Below the pieces are notes generated by a model that saw only the letters and a program-made list of their open reading frames with translations, made no database searches and was not told where the DNA came from. The position numbers and the translations under genes are program-made. Positions 1 through 9,184 of a DNA stretch of 32,000 bases are shown one piece after another (within the stretch, counting starts at the first letter, position 1; every line of letters starts with the position of its first letter). The stretch spans positions 6,630,001 through 6,662,000 of the forward strand of contig NZ_LN831039.1 of NCBI RefSeq assembly GCF_001457595.1, given 5' to 3'. The stretch comes from Mycolicibacterium smegmatis (GTDB lineage: Bacteria; Actinomycetota; Actinomycetes; Mycobacteriales; Mycobacteriaceae).

Positions 1-117
1 AGCCAATTCGACCGTGACGCGCCACCCGGCCATCACGTGGTCGACGATCAGACCCGCGGCGTTGCCGACCACCTCGGCCACGTCATCTGCCACCACATGT
101 AGCCGGTAGATGGTCAT
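1..117 (-). CDS. Hypothetical protein, N-terminal fragment (gene continues past the left edge)
   Basis: Too short for the ORF track. Reverse-strand ATG at 117 is preceded by GAGGGAGAA (rc of 121-129). My translation is MTIYRLHVVADDVAEVVGNAAGLIVDHVMAGWRVTVELA. The beta-alpha-beta-like pattern is faintly LmbE/PIG-L-like but has no HPDD motif. Confidence 0.35.
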   Translation of the reverse strand, partial: MTIYRLHVVADDVAEVVGNAAGLIVDHVMAGWRVTVELA

Positions 118-260
118 CGAGTTCTCCCTCGTCGGCGATTCACCGGATCACGCCCAAGCGGTGTTACGTCGCGTATGGACCGTTGACGAAGTCCACCAAG
201 AACGGGTCGAACACCAGCTGTGATGTGTCATATGACCTCCCGCCCAGGCTCCGGCGCCTA

Positions 261-277
261 ACTGTAATAGTTACAGT
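261..277. promoter_or_regulatory. AT-rich inverted repeat ACTGTAA-TAG-TTACAGT (possible operator or hairpin)
   Basis: Seven-bp perfect arms read directly. It lies in the 235-bp intergenic region between the stop of the 356..1453 gene and the start of the fragment at 117. Confidence 0.25.
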
Positions 278-355
278 AGGCAGGTTCAAGGGATTGACTT
301 CGGCCGCTTGCTCCCAGTACAGAGTCGGCGTGTCGGCTATCTCGGGTAAGCAGGC

Positions 356-1453
356 TCAACCGACTGCGGCGTCACACGCAGACGCCACTAGACCTGCAAC
401 CTTGATGGACGCATTCGCCAGGTGCTTATCCGCGGGGGCATAGGTAGTCAGAGCGAGTGCATAGGCCTGTCGGTATTGACTCGACAGGTCGGCGAAGTCG
501 CGAAAGATGGCGTTGTCACTTCGTTGACCCAACACCAAAAGCTGGTTTGCGAGGAGGTTCATCACCGGCGTCACCTGCTCGTTTATGCGCTTCTGCTCGG
601 GTGACCACTCAGTTCCCGGAATGTTGGGATCGGTTGCACGCCATTCTGCTGTATCAGCATCAAATGCTGTCAAAGTTGCGAGCCAATCACTGCACACAGG
701 ATTGGGCTGCTGAAGGAAGGTTGCTGGGTCGCTGACGTCGTCCACTGGTGCAATTTGAGAAGGCGCAGGCAGGTGTGGGACTAGCGGCCCCCGCGCAGCT
801 GCAGATCCGAACCCGATTGCAGCACAGATATTTCCAATGGCATCGGCAGCTGTGATAGCAACGCCGGCCAACGGATCATGCTTTCCCGTGTAGCCGGGAA
901 CACTATCCGCATAGGCGACTGAGTAGGCGATGAACTGCTCGTAAAGCTCACGCATGACACGGTGCGGCGTTAGTTTCACGAGCGGAGCCAACTTCTCCGA
1001 TGCTCGGCGCATTGCATTCGCCACATCCTCGTACTGCGCGCGCACTTCGGGTGTCCAGGCCGACGCCGGTACGGCCGGGTCTCTGTTTTCCCAGCCATTC
1101 CGGATCTCGCCCCACCACTCTGAAAAGACGGGGTGCTGAGCCATGCATGTGGGGTCTTCGGTGATGACAGAGACGGGACCGTCATCGTCCGCGCTCGCCA
1201 CGTCGTGGGGACCCACGTTCCTTGATATTTCCGACGCCGTGGTCGAACCGTTGCCTTCACGAGTGACGAAGATCGTTACGGCGACCGTTACGCCGATGAT
1301 TACGACTATCGCAAGCCCACCGAGCATCCACCTCCAAGCACCACCACCTTTTGGCGGCCGAGGCGACGGGTACGGTCCGGAGTTGCCAGCAGCCGGGTAC
1401 TGGAATGCACCATCACCAGTAGGCGGCTTGCCATGTGGAGGCGGCATAGTCAC
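356..1453 (-). CDS. Pro-rich N-terminus, single-pass membrane protein with a duplicated Cys-bracketed extracytoplasmic domain; function unknown
   Basis: 365-aa ORF. GTG at 1453 sits 7 nt after GGAGG. The N-terminus is P/G-rich (PPPHGKPPTGDG...PSPRPPKGGG), followed by one TM helix (WRWMLGGLAIVVIIGVTVAVTIFV). Two ~125-aa repeats follow, sharing C..W..DP.(V/I)P...W(T/S)PE ... Y...A..........C(A/D)A. Confidence 0.7.
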   Translation of the reverse strand: MTMPPPHGKPPTGDGAFQYPAAGNSGPYPSPRPPKGGGAWRWMLGGLAIVVIIGVTVAVTIFVTREGNGSTTASEISRNVGPHDVASADDDGPVSVITEDPTCMAQHPVFSEWWGEIRNGWENRDPAVPASAWTPEVRAQYEDVANAMRRASEKLAPLVKLTPHRVMRELYEQFIAYSVAYADSVPGYTGKHDPLAGVAITAADAIGNICAAIGFGSAAARGPLVPHLPAPSQIAPVDDVSDPATFLQQPNPVCSDWLATLTAFDADTAEWRATDPNIPGTEWSPEQKRINEQVTPVMNLLANQLLVLGQRSDNAIFRDFADLSSQYRQAYALALTTYAPADKHLANASIKVAGLVASACDAAVG

Positions 1454-1577
1454 CTAATCACCTCCCCCGAGTTCCGAGCCGTCAGCTGTCTGTTGGACCG
1501 ATTATCACAGCGGGCGCGTGCCCAACAGTGTTATCGCGTCGATATAATCGTCGCGCAGTTTGAACGTCCGGCTGCGC

Positions 1578-3308
1578 TCAGTGCGTGATCTGCCAGTCCG
1601 CGGCCTCGTGTTGCCGACGCCAGAACTCGTCGAACCGGCCACCGGCCGCGAGCAGACCGTCGATGGTGCCGTCCTCGACGATGCGCCCGCCGTCGAGGAA
1701 CAGCACCCGGTCGGCGTGCCGGATGCTCGCCAGGCGGTGCGCGACGATCACGCGCGTGCGGGGCCGCAGATCGGCGGTGAGTGCGTCGACCACGGCGGCC
1801 TCGTTCTCGGTGTCCAGAGCGCTGGTGGCCTCGTCGACGAGCAACACGGGCGCGGGTTTGACGAGCGCACGGGCGATGCTGACGCGTTGGCGCTCACCGC
1901 CGGACAGCGCGGCGCCGGCCTCGCCGACCTTCGACGCGTCACCTTTGGGCAGCCGCGCGGTGAGTTCGTCGACCCGCGCGAGCCGTACCGCAGCGGCCAG
2001 ACGGTCCTCGTCGGCACCCGGATCGCCCACCAGGATGTTGTCGCGGATGGACCCGTCGAACAGGTAGGGCTGCTGGAACACCACACTGGTTGCGGCCCTG
2101 CGCGACTCGTCGTCCAGGCTCGCGGCGTCCACGCCGTCGATCAGCACCCTGCCCTCGGTCGGCTGGTGCAGACCCGCGATGAGCGACAGGATCGTGCTCT
2201 TGCCGGATCCGGATGGACCGACGATCGCGGTGGTGCTTCCTGGTTCCAGCACGAAGCTCACGTCGTCGAGCACCGGGTGGTCGCCGTAGCCGAAGGTGAC
2301 ACAGTCGAATTCGATGCGTGGCGCAGACTTGGTGTCGGCAGGCGCGGCGTCGCCCGCGGTCAACGTGGGCGCGTCGAGCACGGCCCGGATACGCCCGAGG
2401 GTCCCGCGCGTGGATTCGATGGCAGGCGTCAGTTCGCTCAGCGACGTGAACGGTTCGAGGTAGCGCGCCACCACGACGATCATCGCGACGGCTTCCGGCA
2501 CGCTGAGTTCGCCACGCACGGTCAGCCACGTGGCCATGCCCGCGAGCAGGATCAGCGCGAGCTGGCTGGCGAGGCTGAACAGCAACTGGCCGGGGATCTG
2601 CATGGCGAGCAGTCGCACGCCGGCGCCGTGCTGGGCGCCCAGCGCGTCGCCCACCAGGCTGCGCGCGGGCTCGACGCGGCGTGCGGCACGCAGTGCCTGC
2701 TGGGTGCGCGCGAACTCGATGATCCGTTCGGTGAAGGCGCTGTTGGTCTCGTCGGCGACGGTATCGGCCTTGCGGCTCAACCGGTTCGACGCCCACATCG
2801 CACCCAGCAGCACCACGACACCGGCCAGGGCCGCCAGCCCCAGCGGTGGTGACACCGCGACCAGCGCCACGGCGATCGCCGCGGGCAGCAGCACGGCACC
2901 GATCAGCGGCGTGAGCAGGTTGACCACCAGGCCGACGAGTTCCGGCCCGGTCGAGGCGATGGCCTGGCGCGCCGTCGCGGTGTTCTCGGCCGTGAGCCAG
3001 TCCAGCCGGATGTCCGGCAACCGGTCGGCGACGTCGTGCTGTGTGTGGTCGAGCACCGCGAAGCCGAGGTTGAAGCCGAGCCGCGACGTCGTGGTATCGA
3101 CGATCCAGCCTGCCGCGGTGGCCGCGGTCAACCAGCCCAGCCACGGCCAGGCGTCCTGCGGGGTGTCGCCGAACAGCGCCGCGACCAGCGGTACGAGCAG
3201 CACCGTGCCGACCGCGCGGATCACCACCGACAGGACCGTCAGTACGGTGTACAGCCCCAACATGCCGCGCTTGTCGGCGGGGACGAGGGCGATGAGGGTG
3301 CGGATCAT
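1578..3308 (-). CDS. irtB: ABC transporter permease/ATPase, IrtB-type (siderophore import)
   Basis: 576 aa. An N-terminal multi-TM domain is followed by an NBD with Walker [10 protein letters not shown], signature LSGGERQR and Walker B LLVDEATS. The start overlaps the irtA stop (ATGA at 3305-3308). Size and pairing match mycobacterial IrtB. Confidence 0.85.
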   Translation of the reverse strand: MIRTLIALVPADKRGMLGLYTVLTVLSVVIRAVGTVLLVPLVAALFGDTPQDAWPWLGWLTAATAAGWIVDTTTSRLGFNLGFAVLDHTQHDVADRLPDIRLDWLTAENTATARQAIASTGPELVGLVVNLLTPLIGAVLLPAAIAVALVAVSPPLGLAALAGVVVLLGAMWASNRLSRKADTVADETNSAFTERIIEFARTQQALRAARRVEPARSLVGDALGAQHGAGVRLLAMQIPGQLLFSLASQLALILLAGMATWLTVRGELSVPEAVAMIVVVARYLEPFTSLSELTPAIESTRGTLGRIRAVLDAPTLTAGDAAPADTKSAPRIEFDCVTFGYGDHPVLDDVSFVLEPGSTTAIVGPSGSGKSTILSLIAGLHQPTEGRVLIDGVDAASLDDESRRAATSVVFQQPYLFDGSIRDNILVGDPGADEDRLAAAVRLARVDELTARLPKGDASKVGEAGAALSGGERQRVSIARALVKPAPVLLVDEATSALDTENEAAVVDALTADLRPRTRVIVAHRLASIRHADRVLFLDGGRIVEDGTIDGLLAAGGRFDEFWRRQHEAADWQITH

Positions 3309-5896
3309 CGGACGGCCTCCCCCGTCGGGCCTGCAGCGGTGGCAAGGGCGGGTCGCTGTCCGGTTTCCCAGAGTTGGCGGTAGCGCCCGGCCGCGTCCAA
3401 AAGCCCCTCGTGCGTTCCGGTTTCGACGATGCGGCCGCCCTCGAGCACCACGATCTGATCGGCGTGCGTGATGGTGTGCAGGCGGTGTGCGATCACCAGC
3501 ACGGTGCGGTCTCTGGTCAACCGGTTGAGCGCCTGCTGCACCAGGTATTCCGATTCGGGGTCGGCGAACGCGGTGGCCTCGTCGAGGATCAGCACCGGGG
3601 TGTCGGCGAGGATCGCGCGTGCGATCGTGAGCCGTTGCTTCTCGCCGCCGGACAGGCTCGATGCCGCACCCAGCGGGGTGTCGTAGCCGTTGGGCAACCG
3701 CATGATCCGCTCGTGGATCTGCGCGTCACGCGCGGCGGCCTGGATCCGCTCGATGCTCGCGTCGGGTTCGGCCAGTGCGATGTTCTCGGCGACGGTTCCA
3801 CCCACCAGCTGGGTGTCCTGCAGCACGAAACCGACCTGGCGATAGAGCTCGTCGGCGGTGAGCGTGCGAATGTCCCTGCCGCCCACGCGGATCGCACCGG
3901 CGTCGACGTCGTGCCACCGGGCCAGCAGGGCCGCCAGCGTCGACTTGCCCGAACCCGACGGACCCACCAGTGCGGTCACGGTGCCCGGCTTGAGCTGCAG
4001 CGAGATGTCGTGCAGCACCGGGACGTCCGGGCGGTACCCGAAGGTGACGTTGTCGAACACGACGGTCGGTTCACCGTCGTGTTTCTCGGTCTGTTCACGT
4101 ACGTCGAGTTCGGTCTCGTCGAGCGTGGTCTGGATACGCCGTGCCGCGAGCATGCCGCCGCGGATCCCACCGAGGCCGTACGCGATGCCGAGCAGGCGCA
4201 CGCCGAACGTGGTGCCCAGCAACAGGAACGGCAGGATGTCCACTGGATCCATGGCGCCCGAGGTGATCATCGGGGTGCCCACCGCGACGATCAGCCACAG
4301 GAAGGTTCCCGGACGCGTGACCAGGTCCATCATCGACTTCTTGCCCGTGAACGGCTTCTGCCAGGCGACCAGGAACCCGATGTACTCGTCGAGTCGGCGA
4401 CGGAAGCTCGAGGCCGCGGCACCACCGAATACGCGCACCACGGGCTGACCTTCGAGGTAGGCCCCGGCCTCAGCGCTCATCCGCTCGGCCCAGCGCTGTG
4501 ACTGCGCGATCTTGGGCCCGGACTGAATCGTCATGACCGTCATCAGCACCAGGTAGATCAGCACCGGGACGAACATCACGAACGCCAACCGCCAGTCGAC
4601 CACGAACAGGTAGACGAGCACCGCGACCGGGGCGATGACCGCGGCGACCGCGTCCGGGATCGCATGCGTGATCAGGTAGTGCAGTGACAGCGTGTCGTCC
4701 TGGACGAGCTGTTTGATCGAGCCCGAGCCACGAGCGGTGAACCAGCCCAACGGAAGCCGCGACATCTTCGTCAGCAGACCGGTTCGCAGGTCACGTGCGA
4801 ACCGCGCGTCGACGAGGTGCAGCCACAGCGTCAGCGCGGCGGCCAGGAAGCTGCCGGTTCCCAGCAGCGAGATCGCGACCACGCCGAGGGTCCACAGGCG
4901 GTCCGACGGGGCCCCCGACAGGAGCAGCCTTGCCAGTTCCACCAGCAGGACGAACGGTGCGAGCTGGACGAGGGTGATGATCGCCTGCAGGACACCGGAG
5001 ATGATGAGTGTGGTCTTCAGCGGGGCCAGCAGTCGCCCCGCGGCCTGCGCGCGCCAGTTGCCGCGCCTGGCCGCGGCGGGCGTCGCGGTCTCTGACGTTC
5101 CGGTCGCGTCGGCTCCGGGCGCGGGCGTCACCTCGGGTGACTTGTCGTCGTCGCCGCGCTTGGTGCCCATCGCACGGCCTTCGGTCCAGTAGGCCTGCGG
5201 GTGCAGTTCGGTCTTGGGGAACCCGAATTCGTCGCGCAGGCGGGTGCGCAGATGCTTGAGTGAGCCGGCCTCCGGGGTCACCCAGCAGTACCAGTTGGAC
5301 CAGTCGCGCGCCTCGATGGCGCCGGCCAGCGACGTGGCGTCCTCGCGCACCACCCAGTGCACACGCATCCGGGGGTGCTCGGCGATGGGGATGAGCCGGT
5401 CGTTCTCGTCGTGCTCTTCGAGGTACACCTCGATCGGGATGTCGTGCGGGACGACACCGATGATGCCGTTGATGGCGGGTGTGGCCGCGGCGTCGCCGAT
5501 CAGCAGATACCCCGCGGGCGGGTCCTCGGGGACGCTGAAGCCGGCCGATCCCAGCGTCATCACCGCGACGGTGTCGCCGGGCTCGGCCGATCTGGCCCAC
5601 TGCGATGCCGGACCGGCGGGTTCGTGCAGCACCACGTCGATCGCGAATTCGCCGGTCTCGGGCGACATCTCGGACATCGTGTAGGCGCGCTGGAATTCGG
5701 TCTCGGACCCGGCCGGGTCGGGGAACCAGAACCGCAGCCAGGAGGTCGGTTCGGCCACCGCGTCTTCGAACAACGTCGGCGAAACCATCCTCAGCCGTAT
5801 GAGATTCGGCGTGATCGCCTCGGTGCTCACCACCGTCGCCTGGTGATCACGCGCACCGAAGCCACGCATCATCACGCCCTGGATTCCGCGCGCCAT
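3305..5896 (-). CDS. irtA: Siderophore-interacting FAD-binding domain fused to ABC permease/ATPase, IrtA-type
   Basis: 863 aa. The N-terminus [18 protein letters not shown] and a ~260-aa SIP/FAD domain ([16 protein letters not shown]) resemble IrtA as I recall it. A TM domain and NBD follow ([26 protein letters not shown]). Confidence 0.85.
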   Translation of the reverse strand: MARGIQGVMMRGFGARDHQATVVSTEAITPNLIRLRMVSPTLFEDAVAEPTSWLRFWFPDPAGSETEFQRAYTMSEMSPETGEFAIDVVLHEPAGPASQWARSAEPGDTVAVMTLGSAGFSVPEDPPAGYLLIGDAAATPAINGIIGVVPHDIPIEVYLEEHDENDRLIPIAEHPRMRVHWVVREDATSLAGAIEARDWSNWYCWVTPEAGSLKHLRTRLRDEFGFPKTELHPQAYWTEGRAMGTKRGDDDKSPEVTPAPGADATGTSETATPAAARRGNWRAQAAGRLLAPLKTTLIISGVLQAIITLVQLAPFVLLVELARLLLSGAPSDRLWTLGVVAISLLGTGSFLAAALTLWLHLVDARFARDLRTGLLTKMSRLPLGWFTARGSGSIKQLVQDDTLSLHYLITHAIPDAVAAVIAPVAVLVYLFVVDWRLAFVMFVPVLIYLVLMTVMTIQSGPKIAQSQRWAERMSAEAGAYLEGQPVVRVFGGAAASSFRRRLDEYIGFLVAWQKPFTGKKSMMDLVTRPGTFLWLIVAVGTPMITSGAMDPVDILPFLLLGTTFGVRLLGIAYGLGGIRGGMLAARRIQTTLDETELDVREQTEKHDGEPTVVFDNVTFGYRPDVPVLHDISLQLKPGTVTALVGPSGSGKSTLAALLARWHDVDAGAIRVGGRDIRTLTADELYRQVGFVLQDTQLVGGTVAENIALAEPDASIERIQAAARDAQIHERIMRLPNGYDTPLGAASSLSGGEKQRLTIARAILADTPVLILDEATAFADPESEYLVQQALNRLTRDRTVLVIAHRLHTITHADQIVVLEGGRIVETGTHEGLLDAAGRYRQLWETGQRPALATAAGPTGEAVR

Positions 5897-6609
5897 CAGC
5901 GGTCCTCTCCCGTATTCGTCAGTTCTGCCACGATGTCGCCGATCGACCGGCCGGCGTGCGCTGCGGTCAGCAGCCCCCGGATCACGGCGTTGAGTAGGAG
6001 CTCGAGGTACTTCTCGGCCGAGAGTTGCATGCCTGCGCTGTGCACCGGCCCCAGCTCGGCGTCGGCGGCCAGCCTTTGTGCGGCCGCGTCACGCTCGCGG
6101 TCGTAACCCTCGTCGGAGTGGCTCGCCTCGGCCTTCATCTCATGCTGGGCGGCCATGCCGATCGCGATGAGGGCGACCGAACTGCTGAGCAACGCCGCGG
6201 CCTCGGCCGTATAGCCACGCCGCCCGAGGATCGAGACCTCATCGGACAGCAGGCGGGCGCCGGCCTCGCCGCGCGGGAAGAGCAGTTGCATGTAACGGGC
6301 GAGCCCCGGATTCTGCAGCGCGAAGCCGTGCAGCGTCGTACCGAACGCCAGCAGGTGCTCCTCGATGGTGTCCCCGGTGTCCGTCAGTTCGAGGTCGGCG
6401 AGCAAGCTCTCCCCCACCAGGCGCTCGAGTTCCCAGCGCCCACCGATGTGCCGGTAGAGCGCGGTGGCCGATACCCCGAGCCGTGTGGCCACCGCGTTGA
6501 TGCTCAGACGGTTCATGCCCAGCTCACGACCGGCGGACACGATGTCAGCGACGGTGATGAGCGGGGGCCGCCCACCGACCCGCGTTGCCGCGTCCTGCAC
6601 TGCCATCAC
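5896..6609 (-). CDS. TetR-family transcriptional regulator, translationally coupled to irtA
   Basis: 237 aa. HTH is [25 protein letters not shown]. Its TGA (5896-5898) shares one base with the irtA ATG (5894-5896). Start is GTG 6609 or ATG 6606. Confidence 0.8.
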   Translation of the reverse strand: MMAVQDAATRVGGRPPLITVADIVSAGRELGMNRLSINAVATRLGVSATALYRHIGGRWELERLVGESLLADLELTDTGDTIEEHLLAFGTTLHGFALQNPGLARYMQLLFPRGEAGARLLSDEVSILGRRGYTAEAAALLSSSVALIAIGMAAQHEMKAEASHSDEGYDRERDAAAQRLAADAELGPVHSAGMQLSAEKYLELLLNAVIRGLLTAAHAGRSIGDIVAELTNTGEDR

Positions 6610-6638
6610 CGCCTTCGAGGAAAGTTACCCCCACAAAC

Positions 6639-6652
6639 TAAGGGTGGCCTTA
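6639..6652. promoter_or_regulatory. Inverted repeat TAAGG-GTGG-CCTTA in the divergent TetR/TetR intergenic region
   Basis: Read directly. It lies 30 nt upstream of the minus-strand TetR start. Confidence 0.3.
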
Positions 6653-6676
6653 CTACTAGTCAACACGCACCTGGTT

Positions 6677-6694
6677 ACAGAGCATCTGCTCTGT
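6677..6694. promoter_or_regulatory. 18-bp palindrome ACAGAGCA-TC-TGCTCTGT, candidate TetR operator
   Basis: Eight-bp perfect arms. It is immediately followed by TACGGT (6695-6700, a TANNNT -10-like hexamer) and then ATG 6707 six nt later. Confidence 0.45.
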
Positions 6695-6706
6695 TACGGT
6701 GATGTC

Positions 6707-7321
6707 ATGCCACGCCCGCGCATCCATGACCCGGAGGCGATCCTGGACGTGGCAGAGTCACTGGCAGTCCGCTCCGGCCCCGCCGCGGTCACCATCCGAG
6801 CTGTCGGCGACGCGGTCGGGGTGTCCAATGGGGCGCTCTACCACGAGTTCGGGTCACGGTCGGGTCTGCTGACCCGCGCGTGGTTGCGTGCCGCACACCG
6901 CCTGCAGACCGTGCTCTCCGAACTCGTCGAGGCTGCCGAACCGGGCGCCGCGGCGATCGCCGCGGCCGCCGAGGCGTCGATCATGCTGGCCGAACGCCAC
7001 CCGTCGTCGGCGGCCCTGGTGCTGCAGACGCGCCGTGACGAACTGATCGGCGCCGACCCGCCCGCCGAGGTGAAGGACACCGAAAACCGATTGGTCGACT
7101 TGATGATCCAGCTCGCCGACGACGCCTGGGGGCGGCGCGACGGCGCCGCTGTCGACACCGTCACCACGTGCATCGTCGACCTGCCCACAGTAATTCTTCT
7201 GCACCGCAACCGGATTGCCGATCCCACCGCGCGCCGCCAGCTGCGGGCCGCGGTTGCGGCCGTCCTCGAGGTGGGGCCTGCGCCCCGAACACAACGACAC
7301 CGAGCACAGGAGGCATCATGA
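6707..7321 (+). CDS. TetR-family transcriptional regulator
   Basis: In frame within ORF 6464..7321. The start MPRPRIHDPEAILDVAESL fits a TetR N-terminus. HTH is VTIRAVGDAVGVSNGALYHEFGSRSGL. The stop overlaps the next ATG (ATGA at 7318-7321). Confidence 0.8.
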   Translation: MPRPRIHDPEAILDVAESLAVRSGPAAVTIRAVGDAVGVSNGALYHEFGSRSGLLTRAWLRAAHRLQTVLSELVEAAEPGAAAIAAAAEASIMLAERHPSSAALVLQTRRDELIGADPPAEVKDTENRLVDLMIQLADDAWGRRDGAAVDTVTTCIVDLPTVILLHRNRIADPTARRQLRAAVAAVLEVGPAPRTQRHRAQEAS

Positions 7322-7974
7322 CAGCGACCCTCGACTACGACGGCGACATCGCGGTCCTCGATCTGGGTGACGACGAGAACCGGTTCACGCCGCAGTTTCT
7401 CGACGAGGTCGACGCCCTTCTCGACGCCGTGCTCGAGAAAGGTGCACACGGTCTGGTCACCACTGCCGACAGCAAGTTCTACTCCAACGGCCTTGACCTC
7501 GAATGGCTTGGCGCCCACAGCGATCAGGGCGCATGGTACGTCGGCCGCGTGCAGGGCCTGCTGGCCCGGATGCTGACCTTCCCGCTCCCCACCGCCGCGG
7601 CCGTCGTCGGGCACGCCTTCGGCGCCGGGGCGATGCTGGCGATGGCGCACGACTACCGCGTGATGCGCGAGGATCGAGGGTTCTTCTGTTTCCCCGAGGT
7701 CGACATCCACATCCCGTTCACGCCGGGAATGGCGGCGCTGATCCAGGCCAAACTGACACCGCAGGCCGCGATCGCGTCGATGACCACGGGTCGCCGGTTC
7801 GGGGGTGCCGAGGCATATCAGCACGGGATCGTCGACGCCACAGCACATGAGGGCGCGGTGACGACGGCCGCGACGTCGCTGCTCCGCCCCCTCGGCAGCA
7901 AGGATCAGGGCACGCTCGGCGCGATCAAGCAGGTGATGTTCGGCGCGGCCGCAGCGGCGCTGCGCAATCCCTAG
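7318..7974 (+). CDS. Enoyl-CoA hydratase/isomerase (crotonase-fold) family protein
   Basis: ATG 7318 follows AGGAGG. MTATLDYDGDIAVLDLGDDENRFTP...FYSNGLDLEWL...VVGHAFGAGAMLAMAHDYRVM is a typical crotonase core. Confidence 0.8.
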   Translation: MTATLDYDGDIAVLDLGDDENRFTPQFLDEVDALLDAVLEKGAHGLVTTADSKFYSNGLDLEWLGAHSDQGAWYVGRVQGLLARMLTFPLPTAAAVVGHAFGAGAMLAMAHDYRVMREDRGFFCFPEVDIHIPFTPGMAALIQAKLTPQAAIASMTTGRRFGGAEAYQHGIVDATAHEGAVTTAATSLLRPLGSKDQGTLGAIKQVMFGAAAAALRNP

Positions 7975-8873
7975 TAAGGGATCGTCGTGCCGGTCTCGCG
8001 CTCGGCGAAATCCACCACCGCCGCCGCGGTCTCGTAATCGCACGCCACAGCTGAGCGGCCGATGAGCACCGGTGCGCCACGCAACCCCAGCCTGCCCTCG
8101 ACACCGACATAGGAGCCGGGCGGGATGGGTTCGCTGATGCAGTACAGGGTGGGCGCGGCACCCTCGTCGATGCTGGCCGCGAACTTGTCGGCGACGGCAG
8201 TGACCCCGCGCTGGACCACCGACATCAGCCGCGTATCCGACACATTGGGCAGGTTCGACGCGACCCACCCGGGATGCGTGAGATGCGTGACCACCGGCGA
8301 ACGCGCGACGCGTTGCCGCCTGTCCAGTTCCAGGCCCCACAGCATCACCGCGAGCTTGGCTCGGCCGTAGGCGCCCAGCGGTGTCCACCTGTGACGACGC
8401 AGATGCATGTCGTCGAGGCGCAGCGTGGCCATCCGGTGGGCATCGGAACCGACGATGACCACCTGCGAACGGACGCGGCCGTGAAGCAGATTCGTCAACG
8501 CGAACGGGCCGAGCAGGTTGGTGCCCAGCGTCGTCTCGAACCCGTCCACGGTCTCGGTACGACGCTGCGTCAACGCTCCCGCGTTGTTGATCAGGATGTC
8601 GACGTCGTCGATGCCCGCCGCGGTCAGCCGCCCCGGAAACGCACGCACCGACGACAAGTCGGCGAGGTCGACCTCGACCACGGTGGTCGTGCCGCCGACC
8701 TCAGCGGCACGTCGCGCACCGAGGTCGGTGTTGCGTACCGCGAGGATCACATGCGCACCGGCACGTACGAGTGCGCGCGTGGTACCCAGCCCGACGCCGT
8801 TGGTCGCGCCGGTCACGATGATGCGTTTGTCGCTGAGATCTCCCAGCCGGTCGGGCGACCATGTGCTCGTCAC
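7971..8873 (-). CDS. Classical short-chain dehydrogenase/reductase
   Basis: 300 aa with a GTG start. It has the TGATNGVG cofactor motif, NNAG and YGRAK (YxxxK). Confidence 0.85.
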   Translation of the reverse strand: MTSTWSPDRLGDLSDKRIIVTGATNGVGLGTTRALVRAGAHVILAVRNTDLGARRAAEVGGTTTVVEVDLADLSSVRAFPGRLTAAGIDDVDILINNAGALTQRRTETVDGFETTLGTNLLGPFALTNLLHGRVRSQVVIVGSDAHRMATLRLDDMHLRRHRWTPLGAYGRAKLAVMLWGLELDRRQRVARSPVVTHLTHPGWVASNLPNVSDTRLMSVVQRGVTAVADKFAASIDEGAAPTLYCISEPIPPGSYVGVEGRLGLRGAPVLIGRSAVACDYETAAAVVDFAERETGTTIPY

Positions 8874-8882
8874 CCGATGAGG

Positions 8883-9179
8883 TTAACCACCCCAGCCGCG
8901 CTGACCGTCCCAACCGCCGCAGATTCCGTTGATGCAGCCGTGGCCCCAGCCGCCCTGCACGGGATTCCAGCCGCCGCAACCGTTCCAGCCGGGGCCGCTG
9001 TCGCAGCCGCCGCCACCACCGGCGTCACCGTGGCCGGACGGCGTCGCGAGAATCACCTGGTTGGTGCCGGTCAGGTCGGTGAGCGTCGACGGCGCATCAG
9101 CGAGAAGCGCTGCTGTGGGGCCGGCCGCGATCGCCGCCGCGGCCCCCGCTACGAAGACTGACCCCACAAGTTTCCGCAT
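8883..9179 (-). CDS. Small secreted Gly/Trp/Cys-rich protein (98 aa precursor), function unknown
   Basis: ATG 9179 is 10 nt after GGAGG (rc of 9190-9194). The signal-peptide-like N-terminus is MRKLVGSVFVAGAAAAIAAGPTAALLADA. The C-terminal 45 aa are GGGGGCDSGPGWNGCGGWNPVQGGWGHGCINGICGGWDGQRGWGG (4 Cys, 6 Trp). The longer ORF start at 9218 has no better RBS. Confidence 0.6.
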   Translation of the reverse strand: MRKLVGSVFVAGAAAAIAAGPTAALLADAPSTLTDLTGTNQVILATPSGHGDAGGGGGCDSGPGWNGCGGWNPVQGGWGHGCINGICGGWDGQRGWGG

Positions 9180-9184
9180 CGTTA

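Noticed and set aside
195-225. tRNA-like T-loop string GGGTCGAACACC
   Set aside because: The flanking bases cannot form a T-stem or acceptor stem, and no cloverleaf could be drawn.
261-277. E. coli-type LexA box (CTGT-N8-ACAG) reading of ACTGTAATAGTTACAGT
   Set aside because: The spacer is 7 nt rather than 8, and mycobacterial LexA recognises GAAC-N4-GTTC. It is kept only as a generic palindrome.
1560-2852. 430-aa plus-strand ORF, together with 1939..3345 (468 aa) and 2530..3471 (313 aa), overlapping irtB
   Set aside because: These are Arg/Gly/Ala/Pro-rich shadow frames typical of high-G+C DNA, with no motifs. The irtB frame carries complete ABC motifs.
3374-4501. 375-aa antisense ORF and several others (3858..4448, 4791..5600, 5357..6106) inside irtA
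   Set aside because: They have the same shadow-ORF composition, and the irtA frame is fully explained by SIP, TM and NBD motifs.
6610-6706. Possible IdeR iron box upstream of the tetR-irtAB operon (CTAAGGGTGGCCTTACTAC)
   Set aside because: Only about 10 of 19 positions match TTAGGTTAGGCTAACCTAA by hand alignment. The half-sites are TAAGG/CCTTA rather than TTAGG/CCTAA. A PWM scan is needed before any claim.
6838-8388. 516-aa minus-strand ORF spanning the TetR, enoyl-CoA hydratase and SDR genes
   Set aside because: It crosses three well-supported genes in different frames and strands, and its composition is low-complexity R/G/A.
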